From Chiloscyllium plagiosum (taxonomy: Eukaryota), in the NCBI RefSeq assembly GCF_004010195.1, contig NC_057719.1:91805369-91864347 (forward strand): a DNA stretch of 58,979 nucleotides, given 5' to 3'. Positions 38,920 through 49,415 of the stretch are shown piece after piece. The notes beneath the pieces are model-generated. The model worked only from the letters and a program-made list of their open reading frames with translations, was not told where the DNA came from and searched no databases. Position numbers and translations under genes: made by a program. Position 1 is the stretch's first letter; each line of letters begins with the position of its first letter.

Positions 38920-39425
38920 TCATACTATCCTGAAAACAGGCCCTTCGGCCCAACAAGTCCACACTGACCTTCCAAAGAATATCCCACCCAGACCCATTTC
39001 CCTACCCTGACTAATGCACCTAACCTATATATCCCTGAAGACTATGGGCAATTTAGCATGGCCAATTCACCTAACCTGCACATCTTTGGATTGGATTATA
39101 TTAGATTAGATTCCCTACAGTGTGGAAATAGGCCCTTCGGCCCAACAAGTCCCCACTGACCTTCCGAAGAGCAACCCACCCAGACCCATTCCCCTACATT
39201 CACCCTGACTAATGCACCTAACACTATGGGCAATTCAGCATAGCCAGTTCACCTGATCTGCACATCTTTGGATTGTGGGAGGAAACCGGAGCACCCGGAG
39301 GAAACCCATGCAGACACAGGGAGAATGTGCAAACTCCACACAGACAGTTACCCAAGGGAGGAATTGAACCCAGGTGTCTGGTGCTGTGAGGCAGCAGTAC
39401 TAACCACTGAGCCACCGTACCGCCA
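38920..39425 (-). mobile_element. Two tandem V-SINEs (partial 38920-39090; full 39095-39425)
   Basis: Two successive ggcccttcggcccaacaagtcc tails; a tRNA head on the second copy. Confidence 0.88.
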
Positions 39426-39790
39426 GAGAGCTTGATATTAAAATAAGTATATGAAATAGTAAAAACTTTACAAACTACTTTTGGGCACATATTTTTATAT
39501 TTATGTGATAGATCATAATTTAACTGTGAAGCACCCATCCTGATCTCCTTTCCTTCACCCCCGATCTGATCAGAGTGTAGTTGATTTTATTTCATGAGAG
39601 TTGGTCCTGTTGCTGTATGTGTTTGGTTCATTGCCACACTCTCACTCAAGGTTCCCCGTTAACCAAGAGAGTTAAAGTATACAAAGTAAGATAACACCAT
39701 TCAAAATGAACTCTGTGGAAGATTAGATTTGTGTAGAGCAACTGAGGTTCTAACACAGTTTGATGCTGGTTGTGCCTTTATGTTTTATAG

Positions 39791-39875
39791 GCCAAGGTTG
39801 TATTTATTCTGGTTTTCCTGGCGAATATCTGCTTGATCATTACCGTCCGGTTCCAAAGAAATCCGCAGCTTAAAG
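39791..39875 (+). CDS. TMEM62: TMEM62 internal coding exon (first C-terminal TM helix; GC donor)
   Basis: Acceptor ttttatag. Translates AKVVFILVFLANICLIITVRFQRNPQLK+G, followed by AAG|gcaagc. 85 nt, phase 0/1, which fits the next exon. Confidence 0.88.
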
Positions 39876-40227
39876 GCAAGCTCAGCGATTTGTATTTGAT
39901 TTTAAATGCTGTTGAACATGTTTGCAGTAGCTCTCAGCTGAACTACATGCCGGAGAAGCAGGGGATAATCGGGGATAAATCTTCGAGAAAATATGCAGCT
40001 CTGTTTTTGTGATCCCTTAGACTTAGTATGTCCAGTAAGATACATACACTAAGGCAGAGAAGGATGGCCATTTTAATTATAGTGCAAAAGTATACCTTAC
40101 CTGGACACTTCTAAAGAAATTAAATTGTAATTGTTGGCATCCGATCTGAACTGAATTAGTAATAATGAACATTGTTTAATAGACTGATACCCAGCTCTTT
40201 ATTTCTAATCAAATTGTTTTGATGCGT

Positions 40228-40666
40228 TGTGACACAACTTCATAGTAGGTGGGACTTGAACCAAGGCCTCCTGGTCCAGAGTTACAGACATGACTGTTGT
40301 ACTACTAGAACCCTTCGATTGAATGCAAAGAAATCAGACAGGAACTTGAATCCATGCCATAGCCACTTCAGCTACACTACTGTGGCCATAACCCAGCTCT
40401 TTTTTTCCAAAAGACATATGTTTATTTTTAGTCAACAGTTAGCACATGTTATGAAACATCTTAAGGGTAGATGGGACTTGAACCTGGGTCTCCAGGCAGG
40501 GAGGTAGGGACACTATCACTGTGCCACTACATTCTCTACACAATTTATAATATTTTTTAATTGACCCATTCAGGAATGTTATGAGACACTTCTGGAGTAG
40601 GTGAGGCTTGAACCCAGCCTCCTGGCTCAAGGTAGTGACACTATCACTGTGCCACAAGATCCTTCC
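40228..40666 (-). repeat. Degenerate tandem array of tRNA-head-like units (~4 copies, ~110-130 bp period)
   Basis: Repeated g(g)gacttgaacc..ctcctgg..gacactatcactgtgccac units (reverse-strand A/B-box-like) separated by T-rich spacers. Confidence 0.7.
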
Positions 40667-41511
40667 GCCAACTTTTTTTGTATTTTTCTGATATCCAGAA
40701 TTACTCTTTTGTTTTCATCTATTAATTATCACCAGTAAATCACCCCTAGTTTCCAACTGATTACTTCCCATGCAAAGCCCCTCAAAGGCAATGCAGACCA
40801 CCAAAATGTGAGGGAGACAGGGATGGGTCGAAAGCAAATTGAAATTGGTAAGTGTCAACCCAGCTTTTGTATACAAAGTCCATTGAATATCACTGCTGTC
40901 AATCCAGTCTGGAATGTTCAGGTTGACTCTTGAAGAGATCTCTGCCTAACACTGATACACCCATTGGCATTAATGAGAAGTAACATGCAAATAGGTACTT
41001 GCGTCAGATAGCAACCACCACATACAATTGTAGTTCAGCTGCAATTCGTCTTTACACTTTATCTCCCTCAGTTCTGTGTTCCTGTAACTCAACAACATTC
41101 GCATGTAAGAAAGACCACTTGACTGGGCTATTAGAGATTATTCTCTGTAAACAGTACTGCACACAGTGACTTGTAAAATGAAGTTTGAAGAAGGACCAAG
41201 ACTTTAAAAAGTCAGCAAAATAAGAGAATGGGATAATCAGATTGGAGGTGACAGTTTAATTTTCCATAGTGATATTGTTCTGATCTGGAAACATATTCAA
41301 TAATAACTGTCAAAAGAGAACCGGACTTTTGCATGACTCTGGAAGAGCAGGAGAGTAAAGCTAATCAATTGGCTCCTTCAAAGAGCTTGCACTAGCAAGA
41401 TAGGCCGAATGGCCTCCCTCTGTAGACGGACCATGGGTGATGTTCTCTCTTTTAAATGTAAAATTGCATTAATTTCGTACTAAAATTGTTTCGATCTCTT
41501 TTCTGAACTAG

Positions 41512-41616
41512 AGAGCCCTGGCGTCTTCACTCTGACATTATTTTCATTTCATGTGTTATGTAAGACAAACATGTTCTACTATCCTGTGTTGCTGTTCACT
41601 TGCTATGTGGCTGTGG
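41512..41616 (+). CDS. TMEM62: TMEM62 internal coding exon (TM)
   Basis: Acceptor tctgaactag, donor gtgagt. Translates (E)SPGVFTLTLFSFHVLCKTNMFYYPVLLFTCYVAV(G). 105 nt, phase 1/1. Confidence 0.93.
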
Positions 41617-42635
41617 GTGAGTAATTAATTTAATATCAATCTAACAGTATTGAAGTTTCCTTATTTATTTGTACTATCCCTTTAAGCTTAAAGGAAATGA
41701 CTTGTGTGTAACTTGCCTGAGGACTCCCATTTGGTTTCCAGCAGGTGTTGCTAATAATCCCAGCTTGTTCACACCTTGGTGACTTTCCTTCAAGTCTGCT
41801 TGCAGTACAGACTGATCTGCAATTCCTGTAAACTTCAGGACAATCCTGGAGGATTGGCAACTCTATGTACAAACATATATGGAGAGGGCCATTCCAGAGG
41901 AGGTAATCTGGAAAGATCCCACCTCTGAATTTCCACTTCGTGCCTACCTCCTTTAATTTGAAAAATTGTGCATGTCATTCTGTCCTATATAAAAAAAACG
42001 GATGGGAGTGGAAAGTGGTAATTAAAGGCCTGTTACCCTGATGTCATCTGTTGGGGAATCACTAGAATTTATAATGAAACAGGGTGACTGGACACCTTGA
42101 GAGCTCCCAATTCATGAAAGTCCATGTGTATTTGTAAACAGTAGCCCTGCGAGGCAGCTTGGACACTCTGTGTTCAGAGCAAGTTATTGTCCAAGTTTTC
42201 ATTGAAGCAGTTTACACTCGTCATTACCCTTGGTTGCCACAACAGAGAACAATATACATCTTCACTTCTCCCTCTATCGATTCCACATCTCAAAGTATTT
42301 CCATTATTATTATAATATAATAATTATTATATTATTATTATATAATGAACCCAGCCTCCTGGCTCAAGGTAGTGACACTACCACTGTGCCACAAGATCCT
42401 TCCTCATTATTATATAATGAAAACTTGACATAGTTAACATTGAATCTGAAAGAACACTCTCCCAGTTGCAGAATGACATACAATTCTTGTTTTCTCCTCA
42501 TCTGGTAATGCCTGTATTTTAAATCTCTCATCATTGGTTTCAAATCCCTGTGTGACTGAACCCCTCCCTCTTTTTATAACCTCTGCAAGCTCCACAACTC
42601 TGTGAGATACCGTTGCTCCTCGAATTCTATCGTCT

Positions 42636-42966
42636 GCGGCACGGTGGTTCAGTGGTTAGTGACCTAGCCTCACAGCATCAGAGTCTTGGATTCAATTCCA
42701 GTCTCTGGCAACTGCTGGTGTGACGTTTGTACATTCTCCCCTCGTCTGTATGGGTTTCCTCTGGGTGCTCCAGTTTCCTCCCACAGTCCAAAGATGTGCA
42801 GGTGAGGTGGGTTTGCTAAGTTAAATTGCTCATAATATCCAGGGATATGCAGGCAAGGTGGATTAGTCATGGGATGTGCAGGGTTACAGGAATAGGTGAG
42901 TCTGGGTGGGTCGCTGTGGGCTTGATGGGCCAAATGGCCTGCTTCCACACTATAAGGATTCTATGA
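42636..42966 (+). mobile_element. V-SINE (older)
   Basis: gcggcacggtggttcagtggttag head, V-domain, tail ctataaggattctatga. Confidence 0.88.
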
Positions 42967-43141
42967 CCTTCAATTTTTAACGCCGCACCATTGCTGGCAA
43001 TTCCTGGATACTAAATTCTGGTATTCCCTTTCTAAATCTTGCCACCTCTCTCAGCTTTAAATCCTATCTTTTTGACTAGGCTTTTGATCACCTATTCTTT
43101 GGCTTTATGTCAGTTTTGTTCTGATAACAATTCTGAGGGTG

Positions 43142-43518
43142 TTTAGATTAGATTTTAGATTAGATTACTTACAGTGTTCTTCGGCCCAACAAGTCCACAC
43201 CGACCCGCTGAAGCACAACCGACCCAGACCCATTCCCCTACAATGACCCCTTCACCTAACACTACGGGCAATTTAGCATGGCCAATTCACCTAACCTGCA
43301 CATTTTTGGACTGTGGGAGGAAACCGGAGCACCTGGAGGAAACCCACGCAGACACGGGGAGAATATGCAAACTCCACACAATCTCCCAATGATTATTTGA
43401 ATAGAAAGGGATAAGGGGAAAAGGCAGGATATTCATTCATGCCTTGAGGCGGGAATTGAACTTGGGTCTGCTGGCGATGTGAGGCAGCAGTGTTAACCAC
43501 TGTGCCACCGTGCTGCCC
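43142..43518 (-). mobile_element. HE1-type V-SINE carrying a 56-bp foreign insert
   Basis: Complete SINE, interrupted at 43381-43436 by non-SINE sequence. Confidence 0.9.
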
Positions 43519-44179
43519 ATTAGTAATCTTTAATTTGAAATGTAAGCTATTCTTGTTGCTAAGGACACACAGTACATTTCCAAAGCTCTAGGCCCACCAC
43601 TGTCCCCTGTGCCAAACTAACACATTTTTATGATTAGTGTTAAACTCAACTGATAATAAATACATTGTTTTGCATTAGGTATAATATAGGAGGTAGAAGC
43701 CATTCTCAAGACTGAAGTGAAGGAAGAAAAGTTTCAAAACAAGAGAAGCATTTATAATCATCCAGCTCAGATCTATGGAAAACCAATTCTAGATTGCAAA
43801 ACATGTTAATAATCAGAAGCATTTGATGAGATTCTATCCTCCATTGCACCATGCCACTCAATTTCCCTAATCTCAGTGATGAAATATAACTGATTCCCAG
43901 AGAATCTCTATCATGATCTCACCCTTACGTTGTATTCGGCGAACTGTCCCAACCTATACTTTGTGTAAAACATTGAACAAAACTTGCGATTTATCAATGG
44001 TAAAAGCCAATCAGTTGACCCCTGTGATATTTGTGGAAGCTTTTATCACCAAGTTGAGGAACTGGTGTAGCAACAAATACTTTCCCCCTCCCCCCACCTC
44101 TCTATTTTTGAGTGTAGTCTCAGCAACAAGCAGAGGTTACATGTGAAAGTCCTTAACGTTTATTTTTCCCATGTTGCAG

Positions 44180-44298
44180 GGCCTTGGTTTGTTGGTGAGG
44201 TGATAGATGGCCATTTTGGAGCCTGCTTTGTCTTTGGGGTGGTAGTGGATGGCCATTTCTTGGAGGGAAGCCTAACTTTCATCTTTGGAATCTTTCAG
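44180..44298 (+). CDS. TMEM62: TMEM62 internal coding exon
   Basis: Acceptor atgttgcag, donor gtaaaa. Translates (G)PWFVGEVIDGHFGACFVFGVVVDGHFLEGSLTFIFGIFQ. 119 nt, phase 1/0. Confidence 0.95.
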
Positions 44299-44884
44299 GT
44301 AAAAGAGCGAGCAACAGTTCTATAATTGCTCCTCACATACTGTGTCGGTGGGTTTCATTGACATTTAACAGCATTGAGATTAATACTGATTGAGTAATAA
44401 GGTTAGAAATGGGTGTGCAAACCATGGTTTCAGTGGAGTTATTAATGAGAAATTGTTTTCACTAGTGAACATGTCAGTAACCAGAGGACACAGATTTAAG
44501 ACAATAGATAGAAAGAATCAGAGAGAAAATGAGAATTTTTTTTAAAACAGTTTTGCTAAAAGGTTGTACAAATGAAACTTCTGAATTATTAAGCACTTTG
44601 TATCAGCCAATTTTGAATTAATATTTGACTATAATATTAGAATAATATTTCATAGTGACTGTATTGTTGTGGAGCACTGGGGTGTAGTGTTCATGTTACA
44701 ACACTAGAAATCCAGCCACAGGGATAATAATAACTAATATGCAGGGAAAGAGAGCACATATCCTGCTGACAGAGTACTTTAATCCAGTTTCAAGTGGCTG
44801 GAAAGAAAACATGGGTATCCATAAAAGTGCCCACAAATTACCTCGTGATTTTTGTAAAAATGAACTTGAGACGTACATTATTAG

Positions 44885-46728
44885 CCAGGAAGGACCTAAA
44901 GAGAGAGCTACAAGCAACCAGGAGGGGATATGAGAAGTTGTTGACAGTCAGGTTCAAGGAAAACCCAAAAGCTTTCTATCGGTATATCAGGAATAAAAGA
45001 ATGACTAGAGAAAGATTTGGGCCAGTCAAGGTCAATAGCGGGAAGTTGTGCGTGCAGTCCGAGGAGATAGGAGAAGTGCTAAATGAATATTTTTTGTCTG
45101 TATTCACACTGGAAAAAGACAATGTTGTTGAAGAGAACACTGCGATACAGGCTATCGGACTAGATGGGATTGATGGCCATAAAGAGGAGGTGTTAGCAAT
45201 TCTGGAAAGTGTGAGAATATGTAAATGCCCTGGGCTGGATGGGATTTATCCTAAGGTTCTCTGGGAAGCCTTGGAGGAGATTACAGAATCTTTGGCTTTG
45301 ATCTTTATGTCATCATTGTCTACATGAATACTGTCAGAAGACAGGAGGGTAGCAAATGTTGTCCCCTTGTTCAAGAAGGGGAGTAGAGACAACCCTGGTA
45401 ATTATAGACCAGTGAGCCGTACTTTGGTTGTGGGTAAAGTGTTGGAAAAGGATTATAAGAGATAAGATTTATAATCATCTAGAAACGAATAAGTTGATTA
45501 GTGGATTGTCAACACGGTTTTGTGAAGGGTAGGTAGTGCCTCACCAACCTGATTGAGTTCTTCGAGATGGTGACCAAACAGGTGGATGAGGATAAAGCAG
45601 TTGATGTGGTGTATATGGATTACAGTAAGGCGTTTGATAAGGTTCTCCTCAGTAGGCTATTACACAAAATACGGAGGCATGGGATTGAGGGTGATTTAGC
45701 AGTTTGAATCAGAGGTTGGCTAGCTGAAAGAAGACAGAAGGTGGTGGTTGATGGGAAATGTTCATCCTGGAGTTTAGTTACTAGTGGTGTATCGCAAGGA
45801 TCTGTTTTGGGGCCACTGCTGTTTTTCATTTTTATAAGTGACCTGGATGAGGATGTAGAATGATGGGTTAGTACATTTGCAGATGACACTAAGGTCGGTG
45901 GAGTTGAGGATAGTGCAGAAGGATGTTGCAGGTTACAGAGGGACAGAGATAAGCTGCAGAGCTGGGCTGAGAGGTGGCAAATGGAGTTTAATGCAGAAAA
46001 GTGTGAGGTGATTCACTTTGGAAGGAGTAACTGGAATGCAGAGTACTGGGCCAATGGTAAGATTCTTGGTAGTGTAGATGAGCAGAGGGATCTCAGTGTA
46101 CATGTACATAAATCCCTGAAAGTTGCCACCCAGATTAATAGGGTTGTTCAGAAGGCATGCGTTGTGTTAGCTTTTATTGAGAGAGGGATTGAGTTCCGGA
46201 ACCACGAGGTCATGTTCCGACTGTACATAACACTGAGTATTGTGTCCAGTTCTGGTCGCCGCATTATAGGAAGGATGTGGAAGCTTTGGAAAGGTTCAGA
46301 GAAGATTTACGAGGATGTTGCCTGGTATGGAGGGAAGGTTTTAGGAGGAAAGGCTGAGGGACTTGAGGCTGTTTTCATTAGAGAGAAGAAGGTTGAGAGG
46401 TGACTTAATTGAGATATATAAGATAATCAGAGGGTTAGATAGGGTGGACAGTGAGATTCTTTTTCCTCGGATGGTGATGGCTAGCACAAGGGGACATAGC
46501 TTTAAATTGTAGGATGATAGATATAGGACAGGTGTCAGAGACAGTGTCTTTACTCAGAATGCGTGGAACGCACTCCCTGCAACAGTAGTAGACTCGTGAA
46601 CTTTGAGGGCATTTAAATGGTCATTGGATAGACATGTGGATGAATGGTTAGCTGGGCTTCAGATTGTTTTCACAGGTCAGTGCAACATCGAGGGCCGAAG
46701 GGCCTGTACTGCGCTGTAATGTTCTATG
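44885..46728 (+). mobile_element. CR1/HER1-like LINE ORF2 (linker, RT) plus 3' end
   Basis: KENPKAFYRYI, CPGLDGIYP, PGNYRPVS, QHGFVKGR, FADDTK, WQMEFN, and tail gggccgaagggcctgtactgcgctgtaatgttctatg. Confidence 0.93.
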
Positions 46729-46899
46729 AGCATTCGACCCTTTCGGGAAGGAATCCACTTGTCTGTACCCAAGTCTGGCTGATATGTGACTCCAGTCACG
46801 ACTCTAATTCCCCTCAGATGTGACTTAGGGAGGCACTCTATTCCAGAGTGACTGACCATTCCAATTTCCTGAAATTGACCCGGCATTTGGCTTCCTGAC

Positions 46900-47250
46900 C
46901 TGTGACATGGATGTGAGCTTCCTGGGAACCCTCTTTGTTCAGGTGGGAAGGAAAGTGTCTGCAGTTGCACTGTGTTGATGGTTGTATGTAATCCAGAGCT
47001 AGCACAGTATGTGTGCAGTGGCACTCCACCACAAGGGGCCCCACAGGCTGGTGCTATCATTCTGGAGTTACTGGCTGGAGGGGGTGGTGGGAATGCTGGG
47101 TCTGTTGGGGCATTGCAGTAGCACTGTCAGACTTTGGGTTGAGGGAGTGTGTGGTCGGAGAATGCTATCCAACCAGGCCTAAGGGCAGATTTCTGTCATG
47201 CCTTGGGTGGGTGGACACAGAGTCAAGGGGGGAGTGCAGCATACTATTGA
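46900..47250 (+). mobile_element. Highly decayed PIF/Harbinger transposase remnant
   Basis: Ordered fragments across frames (LMVVCN, GAIIL, VGECYP, KGRFLSCL) resemble Harbinger motifs (NVQ.VCD, DAFIL, GD.GYP, K.RFRCL). Confidence 0.35.
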
Positions 47251-47457
47251 AGGGTGGCAGGACTGGTTGGTTTGAGGGGTGGGAGGTCTGGGCAGGCTGC
47301 TTCTTTAGTCTTCCCACCTACTCAGAGACCGACTTGACAGGAATCTGTTCGGGGAGGGCGAGGGATGATCTCTACCAATTAAATGCTTTAATTCTAACAG
47401 TTAATGTCCTGTTTTAACACTACTTTTTATGTTTCTCTCTACCTTCTCTTCACCCAG

Positions 47458-47784
47458 CTGACATTTTTTAATATACCACTGATGGGCTACCTAAGCTGGT
47501 GTCTGCTCCTTCGGTGTCGAGGGACTTGCTTTTGGACACACTACAAGTACACAGGCTGGCTCCGCACTGTGCCCATGCACGTTTTCATCCTGGCACTCTT
47601 CCTGTGGCAACTCTACAGCTGCTACATCCTGCTGCTCACTTATGGCTATGCTGCCTTCTTCCTGTCTCCGGTAAGGACATGGTCAGTGCTACTGGCCCTG
47701 GTCCTTGTGTACAGGGCCTGGACTCTCGACAACTCCTCCATCAGAATATTTAAAGCGGAAATGAAGAATTGCCCCTACTCCTGA
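47458..47784 (+). CDS. TMEM62: TMEM62 terminal coding exon (multi-TM C-terminus, TGA stop)
   Basis: Long pyrimidine tract plus cccag acceptor. Translates LTFFNIPLMGYLSWCLLLRC...FFLSPVRTW...KAEMKNCPYS*, matching the recalled TMEM62 C-terminus (LAFFNIPLMAYMCWSLLQRC...FSPLRTW). Confidence 0.95.
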   Translation: MTFFNIPLMGYLSWCLLLRCRGTCFWTHYKYTGWLRTVPMHVFILALFLWQLYSCYILLLTYGYAAFFLSPVRTWSVLLALVLVYRAWTLDNSSIRIFKAEMKNCPYS

Positions 47785-48694
47785 AAGGGGAGAGAGGTGG
47801 CCGCTCAAGAGCTGGACACACAGTGACCAAGCATCTTGACTGCCATTCGCACTTTTCAAACCAATCCATCACAAATCACGCAGGGTGATTACAGTATCAA
47901 ATCCCATCAAATCATTTCCTTCCATTGCCCCCATCTCAAAACCAAATGCACCAAGGGAAACAACTGGAAAATCGGCTTTAATGAAATGAAGATTGAAACT
48001 CAAGAGGTGGGAGCTGGTAGAAGCAGCTCACATTTTACCTCATACCACACCTTGTATCTTTTTATAATGCCTGCTGGTCAGAACCCAAGAGGGAACTCGG
48101 TGTGTGTGTGTGAGAGAGTGTGTTTATGCTGCCCTCTAGGGATCTAAATGACTCGCGTCCTCTACACATATGTTCTCATCACTTCAGAACTTTATAAAGT
48201 GGGTTAGAAAGTAGAAGAGGAGTCGGCCATTTGACTCTTGGAGCCTGCACTGATGTTCAAAATAATTATGGCTGATCATCCAACTCAGTCATCTGTTCCG
48301 CGCTCTCTTTTTGATCCCTTTAACCGAGAGAGCTATATCTAACTTTTTCTTGAAAACATTCAGTCTATTATTGCTTTCTGTGGCAGAGAATTTTACAGGG
48401 TTGGCTAGAGCAGCCGCTGCTGTTCTTGATCTCTGTGTTGCTTTGCGAGTGAGAAACATAAGGGGTCCTTTGAAGGATAAGGGTGTGTTTAACACACGCT
48501 TGAAATAATTTGTTCAGGTTTCATTCTGTGAGTAATTTAATTTAGAGAAAAAAAAATTCAGCCTTGTGGGACAGAAAGTAAAATACTGTGAAGGGCTGGT
48601 GAAGTCAGTTAAAACCGAAACTGCTGGAAAACGCTCAGCAAGGTCAGGCAACATCTGACATATCATCAATCTGAAATGTCGACGCTTTGTCTTC

Positions 48695-49415
48695 ATGTAC
48701 TGAGGTAGAGTGACACTGCCAGAGATATCACCTTTCGAGTGAGATGTTAAACTAGGATCACGTTTGTCTGCTTGGTGTATGAAAGATCACATATCACTAT
48801 TTCAAAAAGGAGCAGGGGAATTTTCCTGGTGCCCCAGCTTATCCCTCAAGCATTAGGAAAGACTGGTATTTATATAATTCCTTTCATTATTGCCAGATAC
48901 TGCACAGCACTTTATAATAGTAACTTACTTGCACTGTTATAGCATTGGAAATGTCGCAGCCAGTTTGCATGCAACAAGATGGTGATTAATCTTGGCCAAG
49001 ACATTGGGAGAATGCTCCTGGGTTTCTACAAAATAGTATTCTGGGAATGTTTTGGTTCACCTTAGGGGTCTCAGATAAAGGTACCACCTCCCACAGTACA
49101 GCACTCCCTCAGTATTACAGAGCACTGAATATCAGCCCTTGCTTATCGTGCTCAGGACCTAGAGTCTGGCTTGAACCCACAACCTCCTGACTTGGGAAGT
49201 ACTATCAGCTGTGCTTTGGCTGGTTTAAAAGAAAAGTAAACGCCTAAAACCATACAACCTGGTCATTATCACAATGCTGTTTGCCAGATGTTGCCATGGC
49301 TAAATTGGCTGCTGTATTACACCAGTGACAAATGGCTGCAGGATACCCTTCGGGATGCTTTGTGTTCTGAGACAGCCTGAGGCTGTTAACAATTATAGAA
49401 ATGCAATGTCCTTTT
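48695..49415 (+). mobile_element. DeuSINE (AmnSINE/SacSINE-like) with an inverted DeuSINE copy nested at ~48880-49220
   Basis: Deu-domain-like cacctttcgagtgagatgttaaactagg..aaagatcacat..cactatttcaaaaaggagcagggga..ttatccctcaa. Its reverse complement appears at 48990-49130 and the + copy resumes near 49250. Confidence 0.6.

Noticed and set aside
40228..40666. CRISPR-like repeat/spacer appearance
   Set aside because: Eukaryotic intron, long diverged tRNA-like units, irregular spacing and no cas genes.
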